Shown: in pieces, positions 10,288 to 21,663 of the stretch | Position numbering within the stretch: position 1 is the first letter of the stretch | How the letters are laid out: the number at the start of each line of letters is the position of its first letter | Assembly (NCBI RefSeq): GCF_030144855.1 | Contig: NC_082731.1 | Coordinates: 22,227,001 to 22,260,000 of the forward strand | Direction of reading: 5' to 3' | DNA from: Hypanus sabinus | Taxonomy: Eukaryota | Length of the DNA: 33,000 bases | Notes under the pieces: generated by a model | The model's database searches: none | Seen by the model: only the letters and a program-made list of their open reading frames with translations | What the model was told of the DNA's origin: nothing | Translations under genes and position numbers: made by a program

Positions 10288-13200
10288 TAGTGAATGATCA
10301 GCCATGATCTCAGAATGGCGATGCAGACTCGAGGGGCCGAATGGTCTACTTCTGCACCTATTGTCTATTGTCTATTGTCTGTCTATCTTTAGTTTGGGAA
10401 CGGTATCTCGGACATGTCTTCGGGATCTAGAGGTACATTTAAGAAGCAGTGACGAACGGAGTATTCACATAGTTTTTTTAAATACAACAGCTCCGGTTCA
10501 TCATGCGATATTGGTATTCATTTATTAGAACAGTCGTTATGTAAGTATCAGCTGATAAGCGAACTTCATAAAACATTGTACACACATATGCAATAGAACA
10601 ACGTCTAAATCAGGTAACTTCAGTGCAGGATATATGTCGATAGAAAGGGACAGAGGAGACTTGCCAGATGTTGCATGCAATGCGGCAGAGACTGGATGTA
10701 TGGAAGAGTGAAGGACGTTGAATTGCGTAAAATGATCATCATGTATACAGTAAACTGCAAAACTCTCCTCCATATATTGGATGTAGATAGCAAAAGTGTT
10801 TAAGTGTTTTCATAATAAATTTGAAGATATTGCAATTGAAGATGCCGGCATTCCTCTATCATGTGGGTGGAAGATACAAGTAATGAACTGTTTGTGAAAT
10901 TGGTAGGAGATTGTTCGCTGACTCTATGATGTTAAACTGCGCAGACGAAGACAAATACACGAGCGATGGAAGGTTATGCACCAAGTGTCATAAGATGTTG
11001 TTGATAGGAATTCATCCCCCCTGCTCACTGTGGTCGAATGAGCTCGAAAGATAAGATTGGAAGGTGATACAGATGGATTTATAATTTATGAGCAAGTAAC
11101 TGCGTCTTAGAATGCAACATTTTATTATTTGAACAGACATTCATCAGCAATTTGTGTCTGGAAGGGGAATTATCACAATTCTTCCAATATCAGTTTCTGA
11201 AATGGAAAGATAACAAACAGGAAAAAAAATCCAAAGCACAGTTCGTGCTGCACATATCTCTCTGGTATATTTACATATCTGGCCATATTTTTCCACAGGA
11301 GATTATCAGTATCCTCATTAACGATATAGTGAAATAGCTCATTTGTTGTATTCAATATCAGAGAAATGTATATAGTAGACATAAAGATATTATTATTCGT
11401 CGCAAACAACCAGGAAAACAGAAATGAGCGCCCGGCAATCCATGGCCCAGCAGCCTGTCATTCTAGCGCTCAGTCAAAGGAGATCATCAGCAACGCAAGA
11501 GGCCAGGCCCCAGCAGAGCTTTGTCAACACGTTCTAATGTTTTTGTCGTTTCACTAGTTCAGCACAGAAAATTCTGAGGCTCTACTGCTCTCATGTTATC
11601 TGTCCCACAATTAGTCAAGGGTAGCAGTTCTACAGCCACATAGATTGTCAGTCCAACAGAGTGGTGTGGCACCAAGTGAAATGTTCGGGAAAATTTCCTA
11701 TGGTTATGCTGCATCAACTTTGTTGCTTCCGAGTGACAAACAGCAACACGATCTGCAGTTAAATCATCTCATCCTTACGCAGTCTCCATCGAAAATGCAA
11801 TGGGTTTCTTCGATATAACGACTGTCGCATTTCCCGATATCAGGACCATCACTTTTAATACCTTGTCAGGTTCCTTCTCCAATATCACAGCTGATCCCTT
11901 CGAAACCTCGACTGGCTCCACTGCCGACACCTCTTCAGCTACTCCAATCAATGAGCAGCTAACTGAAGAAGTAGCCATGCAGAATCAAATGGCCATAGAG
12001 AGGAATTGCTTTATGATATTTAATAAAATAAACATTTTCCAAAAGTAAAGTATAACATCTTTGGTTGGACCCCAAGAGAACACTGTTTACGTACGTGCCG
12101 CCATCTTCCCAGAATATTAGCCATAAACTTTAAACTCCGTTCAATTAAATTTCCTCTTGCTTCACACAGTTTTGGAGCTTTATATGTTTCGTCCGTTTTC
12201 CCTTTTCCACATTCTCGCGGTTGTTGTCTGACAGCGGTTCAGCTAGCGCATGCGTAAGGAGCACTGTTCGAAACGATTGAGGAGATATGTCGCGATATGT
12301 TGCTGTTTGTACGTAACGCGGGACGGATAATTTGCAGTCGTGCAGTGGCATTTAAATTCCTAATATCAATAACTATAAGTGACCTAGGGAGAGAAACAAA
12401 TACTCGTCGTGACCCTCTTTGGAACCTGAGAATCTAAAACACAAGACAACAAGTTTATTAATCCCCCGATTGCCTACTGTTCCACGTGGCACATATTGTA
12501 AAATAAGATAATTTTGGTATTTGAATGTATGGCCGTACAAATATTTTCTTGTCAGCGTTTCAGGTATATGGATGATTGGATCTCAGCAGAGGAAGAGAAA
12601 TAATAGTTCCAATAAATAAATTGTTTTGTTTCCCGTTATGTTTCAGTTCTAGAAATTACATTGAACTATGGCATGTAAAGCATGGACATGATACAAATAA
12701 AATCACCCTTCGGACAGGCTGTAAAAAACTGTTTCAGTAATTAATTAGTTGAACAGAGATGCGAGAACAACAGTGAAAATGCCCACAATGGAAACGTTGG
12801 TGTAAATGTAGATGCACTGAATGGAAAGTTGGCGAACAAGAAAAGACAGTGTACTGGTCGTGATGGTATTCCTGCAGATGGATTTACATACGCTCATTTT
12901 CACGCGTTATTCATAAGACCAAGCTGATGAGCTTACATCAGGGGTCTGATTTGAAACTGCGACATTGTAGATGGAATTGCAGAAAAAGTTTCTCGATGAT
13001 CCGTTCATTCGTTGTTCCGAACAAGACAGGCAGGGAAAGTAAAAATATAGCGGAGAAGCACGGCTTATCGTGGTTGCCATGCAGCAGCAGATTGGAATGA
13101 CGTCCTGAATGGTATCCTGAATGGTGTCTACTGAATTAGTGTGGGTGAAATGCAAACATAAAAACGGGTGTGATCACTCCTTTGGAAGTAATTTTTAGAA

Positions 13201-15164
13201 ACTCACTCCAAACCTTCAATACCTACTGAAACACTGAGTTTTGGACCAGGAGAGAAAATTCGGAAATTACAACAATTAGTAGGACTCGCAACGATCAGAT
13301 GTCATCAGGTAAATTTGAAGAGCTGCCATCCCTGTGCTGAAAATCTTTCCTCCTAGTCCCTTTAATAGCATCTAAATACTGCAGGCTGGTTCTATCGGTC
13401 GGCAGGACGACTGAAAAAGATGGATGCGAAATAGTATTTTATGTTATGTAATTCTAACACATCAAATTATTTGAACGAAGAATGTGGAACCAGTATAAAT
13501 CGGATATGTTCGAAATTTTGCATTTGCGAGGCACGTGCTTATGGTGCAGTGGCATTCATGCACTTTGCATATATAACCCGCATTGCATTTGGTAAGCAAT
13601 AAGGACTGTTTAATTAAACACCATATTTGCAATATTACTGAAATAATAAAAACGTAACACTCCTCCATGCTTAGCTAGAAATATAGAATGCATTATCAAC
13701 CGATATATACATATAAATTATAATACAGTTAATATACAGATACAGCAAAATACGTTATCACATTCAGTCCTAGATATTTTATAATAGTGGGATTTTTTAA
13801 ATCTTGTGGGATAACTACTTTCCTCGTCGCGGCGCTTTGGGGTGCTATGTTTGGTCAGCAGTCGACATTAGCTTTTTGAGACTTGTGTCTGTGAAATAAT
13901 CTCAAGCTTTTTCGCTTCCTCCGTTGTGTTTACATGAATAGCTCTGGTATTTCAAGTGATTCATGTCGCTTTGGACATTTATCTTGTCCTTTCTGCATTA
14001 TTCTCCATGATGCTCTTAGTATTCCTGAACCTGCAAGTCACGCCAGTCGATCTGCTGGTCAACCGCAGTCCACTAGACAAATATTGCGGCCAACGCTTTC
14101 ATTTTCACAACGCCTAGACGACTGGCGGACAACTCCCACTACACATTTATTCTAACTTGAATATTAAAGCAACTTAAAATTTCCACAGAAGGGAAGCTCC
14201 GCCAACGGCAACCACACCATCACTGATTAAAAGAAAACTGGGAAAGTGGAGATTTTGCTGCAAATTCCGGCCTGTTCGTGGCAACGTTGACCTGAGACAA
14301 TGCAAATCTTATCTGGTTTCCCCTTGTATGCTCTCTGCTATAACAGGGGACTTTCGATTAGCGTTAAAGAGAACACGTCGTGGACTGTCTTCTTATGTAA
14401 AATTATCAGGCGTATCATTTTCCGATGGTCAGTGAGACTATGCACAGGTATTTCCATGATGAGTTATTCGCTTGAATTCGATCTTGTAATTGTCCAACAA
14501 CAATAAGTCCCCGTCACTTCATTTGGACTGCTGCTCTGAGTAAAATGCATTTCACTGGATTCTGGATTTAAATAGGCGCCAATTTGCGCCAATATTCAGT
14601 AATCATCAGTATTTATAGTTAATTCTCTGAAATATATGATTTCCAGTCCAAGTGCGACTCAATATTTCTCTGTCAATCAGTGAGAGTTGCACTCTGATGC
14701 GGTACGGGAACGTGCTGTAACAGCTATTGCGCGTTCACTTCCGTCGCTCGTAACGTGTGACATAATTGTATATGTAACGTTAGGCGAGCCGGCGAAGATA
14801 AGTTTATGATATGAATCAAAATGTTTTCGAACAATGTCGAACTTCACCATTTCCGTTACAATTTGGAAAGCCATCTCACATTGCCTTGTCCTTTTGCCAT
14901 TGTAAGTATAACTGAAATTTACTTTACTCCACTGAAGCACTGCCAAGATAGACTTTACATTTTTCTTTCAAAACGTTCAGGTTGAAGTCATTCGGAATTG
15001 TGATCACTTCCTGCGAAGTGTTTCGTTATGTTAAGCTCCATAATCGACAGCTGTCCATGGCATAACACACAGTTCAATATAGCAGGTCTCCCAGTCGGTT
15101 CAAAGACAAGTAGCTCTAAAAATCATCTCGCTGTGATTGAACAATGCCCGCTTGAAATCCATTC

Positions 15165-15305
15165 CTGAAGCTGATTTTCCCCATCCACCTGCATGTTTAA
15201 ATCTCCCTGGGCAATCATAATTTTGGACTTTTGACGCGATATTTCAATGTCCAGTTGTAATTTGTAGACGAAATCGCAGCTACCGGTTGGAGACCGGAGC
15301 AGACT
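15165..15305 (-). mobile_element. Short old CR1 endonuclease fragment
   Basis: Minus-strand translation VYKLQLDIEISRQKSKIMIAQGDLNMQVDGENQ aligns by eye with the GDFNMQVNWQNQ segment of the 6.2-10.4 kb element. An adjacent plus-strand CR1 3'-tail-like stretch lies at about 15310-15350. Confidence 0.65.
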
Positions 15306-17966
15306 CAAATGTCCAAATGTCTTAATTCTGCTCCTGTGTCTTAAAGTCTGAGATGTGATTTGTTTCTGTTGTAATTGGTATAGAATTTATGTTGTTATAT
15401 ATCACCATATAAATTTCAACGTGACTCAGCGCTCCATCAATTTCATTTTTTTTTATACAGATTTAATAGACTTTCCGAAAGTTAAGCTTGCCTACATCAC
15501 CCTTTTCACTTGCCTGCACAGTACTTTAATTTTTGGCCTTCCGATGTTCTTGTGGGTAGTGTCCTATATTGTTGCATTTCCTGCAAGTCCCGTTTTATTT
15601 TCGGCATTGCTACAGTGTATCACAGTCCTTGACGCAAGGGTATTATTTTTTTTTTCTCTTGGTCAGTCCAGTTTTCGATTCACAGTTGCAATTTTGTTCA
15701 TTGCTGTCTCACGCTCAGTAGAATTTCCATTCTTTTCAATCTGAGCTGTGCCTCTGTTCAGAGCCGGTTTGAATTTTGTCTTGTAATATTCAACAACGTA
15801 AACATATCATTCAGCGCTTTACAACCTATCATTTCCGGACAATGCCTTCTGCTCAACTACGTACGAATTGTTATCTCCGTTATTGAAACATAATGCGATC
15901 TGCAATTGATAATGCTTTCAGTCCAAGCATTATTTTCACAAAATGAGCAAAGCTTCTTACGGCTGGTTTAGTTAAAGAAGTTAAAAATCTGAACAAAATG
16001 TATGCTGTCCCAGCAAACACACACAACAATCCTGACCCTCATTGCTCACTGAATTCTCGCTGTGGAAATCCCTCTAAATCTTCCTCGTCAGCATAACTCC
16101 AAAATCCGAAAAAAATGAAAGAAAGGCGGTGAGACGGGATAAGTCGTGTACGTTTTTGGTTTTACTTTTAACGTATACGCATTCATGATTCGGTGCGATG
16201 ATAACGTTGGACATTTACGCTGTCGTGGCATATAACACGTACTGACTGATTGAATGATATGAATAACGCTTAATCAAATCGTATATATGCAAGATTACTC
16301 AAGTAAATGGCAGAATTCCATCAGTATTTCCATGCATGGAGCCGGTTGGAAGTGGAAAGTTGCATTAGATTCCAAACCATTGGCATTTAGCCCTGAAACC
16401 AGACTGTTTAATTGGACTCACACAGTGGACAAATCGTCCGTGATATTTGAGCTGAATTGCTGTTACTAAGCAAATTAGCCATCAGCCAGTTTGCAAAATT
16501 ACAATCACCGAACTCCGTTGTTGCAGAACTTCACTGAAGAATGCATGGACGTGCTACAGCAGAAGAGGGTCAAGGTCAGAAATGTTTCGGCTATCGCTGC
16601 ATGTTGCAATGGGAAGACAAATATTGAATTTCTGTATAGATTTTGCATAAAGCTGATTCATCGTTGTAGTCATGCTGAAAGAAAATGGGAAACCAACATT
16701 GAATTTTCTGATACAAAAGCAGCAGCAGGTTTTTAAATTTGATTGTTAGGGTGAATACTGGAGTCTGACGGTTAAATTCAAGTCTAAGGTAATTTACAAG
16801 GATCCGCCACTCCCATATGGCTCAAAAGACAGATAAATCGATCGACTGCAAAAAGCAGATATATTGGAGTCGTTAACGTACTCACAGTGGGCGGCTTCTG
16901 TAGTGCCATTCCATAATGCTACCATGTTTGTTTTCATCTTCGGCTACTACAAACTGACCGAAAAATCTGCGACATAGTGTACACACGTATTCGGTACCAC
17001 CAATCGAGGCAATCTTCCCAGTGGGCGATATGTCCTCCATAAAATACATACGAACCCGCCAATCATCAGGTAATTTTGACGACGTCTCCCTGGCCATAAT
17101 GAAGATGCCATGCATAAACAATTTACGGCAGCTACGTTTAGGTGAAATATCTGACCATGTCTACTTCTGTACCATATTGAGAATTTGATTGAATATATCC
17201 TATGCGACAGTACTTTCCTGGGTAATATTTTATGAACTGTAAATTCAGAGTGTAATGAAATTGCTACACTACTTCAAAGAAACATATCGCTTGGAGGCGG
17301 TAGGAGTAATTAAAAAAAAGGAAAATAGACATATTTCAAGATGTCAGTCGATTACCTGGGACTGTAAATAATCAAAACACGTCTTCATCCGCATTAAAGC
17401 AAATCCAAGCTCATAAAGGTGGCCCCACGTCTCCAAGTTCCGGTGAAGTTCATGTTTAGGACTTGGCCTCTCTTTAGGCGGCCGAGAACGCGAGTTCAGC
17501 TTCTGTCACCAGAGACCAGAACATTGCAGTTGGGTTGAATCTAAAGACTGACAGCTGGAGTTTCAACCGTCGGCAAATCACTAAAATTAACTTAACCCTC
17601 AGAAATGAAAGCTCAAATAATCGTCGCCGAACCTACCCAAAGCAACGCAGGAGTGTCTTCGGCAAAATTCGTGATGCCCAATCAACTGTGTTGCGATTGA
17701 AGTTATTGCTAAGCTATGCATTTTCACCTAAATGTGTAACAATATTTCGACCTTGGAACATTTTTGCTCCATTTGTCTATAGATACAAAAAGAAGCTATC
17801 GAATCATGGGCCTGGAATAATTCGTTTGATACCGCGTCCACGTTAATTATTTTGCACCGTGCTGAGTAAACATATCTCGGATCATTCTGGTTGTCCATTG
17901 AGGACAGAAAGTGGCGTTGCCTCCTGGATATTTACTTCTTCTCGAACTACCATTACTAAGCATCGA

Positions 17967-18104
17967 CACACACAAAATGCTGGTGGAACACAGCAGGCCA
18001 GCCAGCATCTATAGGGAGAAGCACTGGATCCCGGCCCTAAAAGTCGACAGAGCTTCTCCCTATAGATGTGCCTGGCCTGCTGTGTTCCACCAGGATTTTG
18101 CGTG
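17967..18104. mobile_element. Palindromic MITE-like repeat (about 58-bp inverted arms, short central spacer)
   Basis: The left arm ACACAAAATGCTGGTGGAACACAGCAGGCCAGCCAGCATCTATAGGGAGAAGC is the near-perfect reverse complement of the right arm GCTTCTCCCTATAGATGTGCCTGGCCTGCTGTGTTCCACCAGGATTTTGCGT. Confidence 0.85.
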
Positions 18105-18814
18105 GGTTCTTTTAATTTCGAGCACCTGCATATTTCCTCGTGATTAATAAGCAACGGTTGGTATTTGCCATTCGGAAAATTGTTATGCCGACGATGGTCC
18201 TACATAAAGTGGGGAATTACTCCACTGAGTACACAATTAAAGGAGTTTGTCGAGAAAATTGATAATATCTCATGCAGCATGAAATGGCGTTGAGGAATGC
18301 TTTGCGAAAAACGGCAGAACGATGCTTTCCTAAACACATGCTGCGGGGTTGTTCAGGTACGCATGTCTTTCTTTTCGTGGGACTGGTTCGCAACTTCAGA
18401 CACTGCAAGCTGCCAAGGGTGTTCAGTGACTAACATCACCTGCACAATTGTATGTGCTTTCTACTCGGTTGTCACGTCGGACTTTGCCGATACTTAACAG
18501 ACTTTACCTTTCATTGTTTTGTTGCTCCTTCTACTTAGAATGTGAACACGTGGTATTAGTCCGGAGTATCGACAGTAACAATGCTTATACCATCAGTGAA
18601 CATTCTCTGCTGTTGAATGAAGTTTCCTGGCTCTTCTTATACGTTCCGTATTGTGCAGCATGATTGCGGGCACACTTGTGACGATTCGGAAATTCTGGAG
18701 GTCCGTTGGTTACAAGACAAGTTAATCTTCGTGCTTCAGTTGGGTTTGAGCTTACTATTAATGCGCTCCCCTCAGGTGCATTTTACTATACATTCCATAA
18801 TACCATCTGAAGCA

Positions 18815-19500
18815 GAATTAGTCATCTCCCCATTATGTCTACTACGCTATTTCATCATAGCTAATCCGACCCCAGTCTTCTGTCTACTCCTCGAATCCAT
18901 TCATGCTTTAACCAATCAATAATCCATCGCCCTCTTAATTAAATATAACGTAGATCTGACCTTCGCATCTGTCAGTGTCAAAGAAATCCGTAGTGTCTCC
19001 ATTGGCTGGATAAAGTTATTCCTTTTCATCTACTTTCCATCAAGGTATTTCACCATTCCATATTTGTCACTGAGGTAACCTCCCATTCTTCTGAATCCCA
19101 GTGAATACAGGCAGGGAAAAGTTAAATCTTCTTTAAAGAACAAACAATTGAGCATAGAACCATAGAACCCTTTCGTAAATCTTTTTTGGACCGTCTCCAG
19201 CGTCAATGCATCCTTTCGACGATAAGGTTTCAATACTTTCTGATAATATTACAAGTTAGGCCTTGCCAGCACTTTACATAATCTCAACATTAGAATGCTA
19301 CAGACTCCAGCAGACTGAACCTGCGGAGTAACCTGCAAAGACACGGGAATCCTTGTGCACCCCAATTTATATATATTTTCTGTATTCTCATGCGTGTAGA
19401 AAATAGCCAAACATTTGATTTCTTCAACCAATGTGTCTGAGCGGACAATTCATAATAATGCATTCCATCTGCCATTCATTTGCCGATGACCCTCATCTTT
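18815..19500 (-). mobile_element. Old CR1 3' fragment (RT C-terminus and 3' UTR)
   Basis: Minus ORFs give PYRRKDALTLETVQKRFTK and ILMLRLCKVLARPNL (degenerate LVRPHL), followed by a CR1-type 3' UTR. Confidence 0.7.
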
Positions 19501-19619
19501 CTAAGGCCATCTTCAACCACTCGACATCGACAATTTTGCTGCAGAAAAGGAGGAAGGCACGGAGGGATTGTCTACTGAGTCTCTGTTGGTGGAAGTTAGA
19601 AAGATTAACGAGTGCATAA

Positions 19620-21663
19620 CTCCACTGGGTGTAATATAAGCAACGCAATAGGAACCGGGACATCGAGGAACAGGCAGGGAGAGAGCTTCTGGAAATCTGG
19701 AATAATAACAGAGTTGCCAGACTGAGAGATTTTAATTTCAAAAATATTGACTGGTATCTCCTTGAGCAACGGAATTAGATAGGGTGGAGTTTATATGAAA
19801 CAATATGTAGACATGCTTTCATGAGTAGAGGTTGCATTTGATATGGTGTTTAGAAATTAACCTGGTCAGGTGTCAGGTCTTTCAGTAGAAAATCATTTTG
19901 AAGATAGTGATCATAATTCTATAACATTTAGCAAAGCCTTGTAGAGCGATAAGAACAAGCAAGTTAGCAAACCCGTTACTTGAAACAAAGGGATATTTGA
20001 GTCCATCAGGCGGGACCTTGGAGGCATAAATTTAGAACAGATGTTCTCTGCGAAATATGCGGCAGAAACTCGGCAAGTATTCATGGGATATTTACGTGGC
20101 GGCCCACAAAGCTGTGCAGAATATGTACTTATCTTATAAGTATGTGAAGAACAAATGGATTCGACTTGAAAAAATAGGGTCAATCAAGTGTGAAAGCAGA
20201 AAAGTGTCTATGGAACCGGAGGAGATAGCAGAGATTTTAGTGAATACTTTGCTTTATTTTTCACTCCAGAAATTGGACATTTGCTCTTGTCAGGATGATT
20301 ATGGCGTATTGAAATGCTTGAGCATATAGAGAATATATGTGGATCTGATGGAGGATTTAGAAAACATCAAGTTGGATAACTCTCCAGGACTGACGGAGAA
20401 GCACTCCAGGCTATTGTGCGGTGCAGTGGACAGATTACTGAGACTCTGGTAATGAGTTTGACATCATCAATGTGGACAGGACAGATTCCGGGCGGGTGGA
20501 GGGTTGCAGATATTGTTCCCTTATTCAAGAAAGGGCGTATAGATATCGCGGGAAATTATAGAACAGTGAGTTTTATTTCAGTGGTTCGTAAGTTGATGGA
20601 AAAGATACTGCGAATCAGGATCTCTGAACATTTGGAGAGGCATAATATGATTGCCATGGCTTTGACAAAAGTTGGTCGTTCTTTACGAGACTGAATGATT
20701 TTTTTTGAGGATGTGACTAACACATTAATGAATATAGAACGGTATTTGTGGTGCATAATGATTTCGGAAGGGCATTTGATAAGGTACTCATTGCAAGGCT
20801 TATCAAGTAAGCAAGGACACATGGGATCCAAGATGACCTTGCTTTGTCGATTTAGAATTGTATTGATTACAAAAGGCAAACAGTGGTTGTAAACGGGTCA
20901 TATTCTGCATGACGGTTGGTGACCAGTGGTGTGCCTCAGGGATCTGTTTTGGGACCTCAGGAATCAGACGGATCAACGGATCCAAGTCCATTGAACACTC
21001 AAAGTTGCTGTGCAAGTTGACACTTTTGTGAAGAAGGCAGACAGTGCATTTGCCTTCATCAACCGTGAGATTCAATTTAAGAGCCGAAAAATCATGTTAC
21101 AGCTACAAAGGACCCTTCTCAGGCCGTACTTGGAGTACTCTGCTGAGTTCTGGTCACCTCAGCAGAGCAAGGATATGGGAACTGTAGGACGGGTTCAAAG
21201 CAGATTAACGCGTTTGATTTCTGGATTGAGAAGCATGACTTATAAGAATTGTTTCAGTGAACTCGGTAGTTTTTCCTTGTCGCCGCGGTAGGTGCGAGTT
21301 GACCTGATAGAGGTGTACAAAATGACAAGAGGCATTGATCGTATGGATAGTCAGAGGCTTTTATCTTCCCCAGGGCAGAACTGGCAAACGCGAGAAGGCC
21401 TTTGGACGTAGGTACAGATGAGTTGTCAGGAGTAATTTCTTTAAACAGAGAATGGTGAGTACGTGGAAAGGGCTAATTGCAAAATTAGTAGAGGCGGATA
21501 CGTTCGGGTCTTTTAAGAGACTTCTAGATAGGGACATGGAGATTAGAATAATAGAGGGCTACGGGAAACCCCACGTAATTTCTATATAACGTAAATGTTC
21601 GCAGAGCATTGTGGGCCGAAGCGCCTGCATTGTGCGTAGATTTACTATGTTTCTCTGTTTCTA
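19620..21663 (+). mobile_element. Old 5'-truncated CR1 ORF2 copy with internal deletions
   Basis: DFNFKNIDW (about 19730), WRVADIVPLFKKG..GNYRTVSFISVV (ORF 20416-20694), GVPQGSVLGP (about 20930) and LLRPYLEYSAEFWSP (ORF 21010-21291). The FADD block appears deleted; the tail is TTTCTMTG-like (21640-21663). Confidence 0.85.

Larger units (their letters stand above)
6215..10386 (+). mobile_element. Near full-length, young but inactivated CR1 LINE (5' UTR, ORF1, ORF2, 3' UTR, (CTATTGT)n tail)
   Basis: ORF1 and ORF2 motifs are continuous and in order, with only a few stops and frameshifts. The 3' UTR ends in CTATTGT x3 (10358-10378). No clear target-site duplication was found. Confidence 0.95.

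Noticed and set aside
10495-10550. SGSSCDIGIHLLEQSL mini-exon resembling the TCR-alpha connecting peptide
   Set aside because: It is 50 nt with incompatible intron phases (not 1-1), and no constant-domain or TM exon lies nearby.
13231-13310. J-like peptide LSFGPGEKIR on the plus strand
   Set aside because: It lacks the FGxGT..V pattern, has no properly spaced nonamer/heptamer upstream, and has no donor at the expected position.
13880-14220. Minus-strand octamer + MVWLPL.. leader-like stretch + possible pseudo-V
   Set aside because: No GT donor, multiple stops, no WYxQ or YYC motif and no RSS.
14770-14830. Minus-strand SYHKLIFAGSP resembling a TRAJ/TRDJ
   Set aside because: No FGxG, no RSS and no splice donor.
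15355-15744. 129-aa hydrophobic ORF (and similarly 23295-23759)
   Set aside because: TTG-initiated, T- or A-rich composition explains the residues; no recognisable motif or splice context.
16420-16900. Isolated CACAGTG heptamers (about 16428 and 16883)
   Set aside because: No nonamer at 12 or 23 nt and no V, D or J coding sequence adjacent.
18700-18750. DKLIF resembling TRDJ1
   Set aside because: Followed by VLQL rather than GxGT; no RSS.
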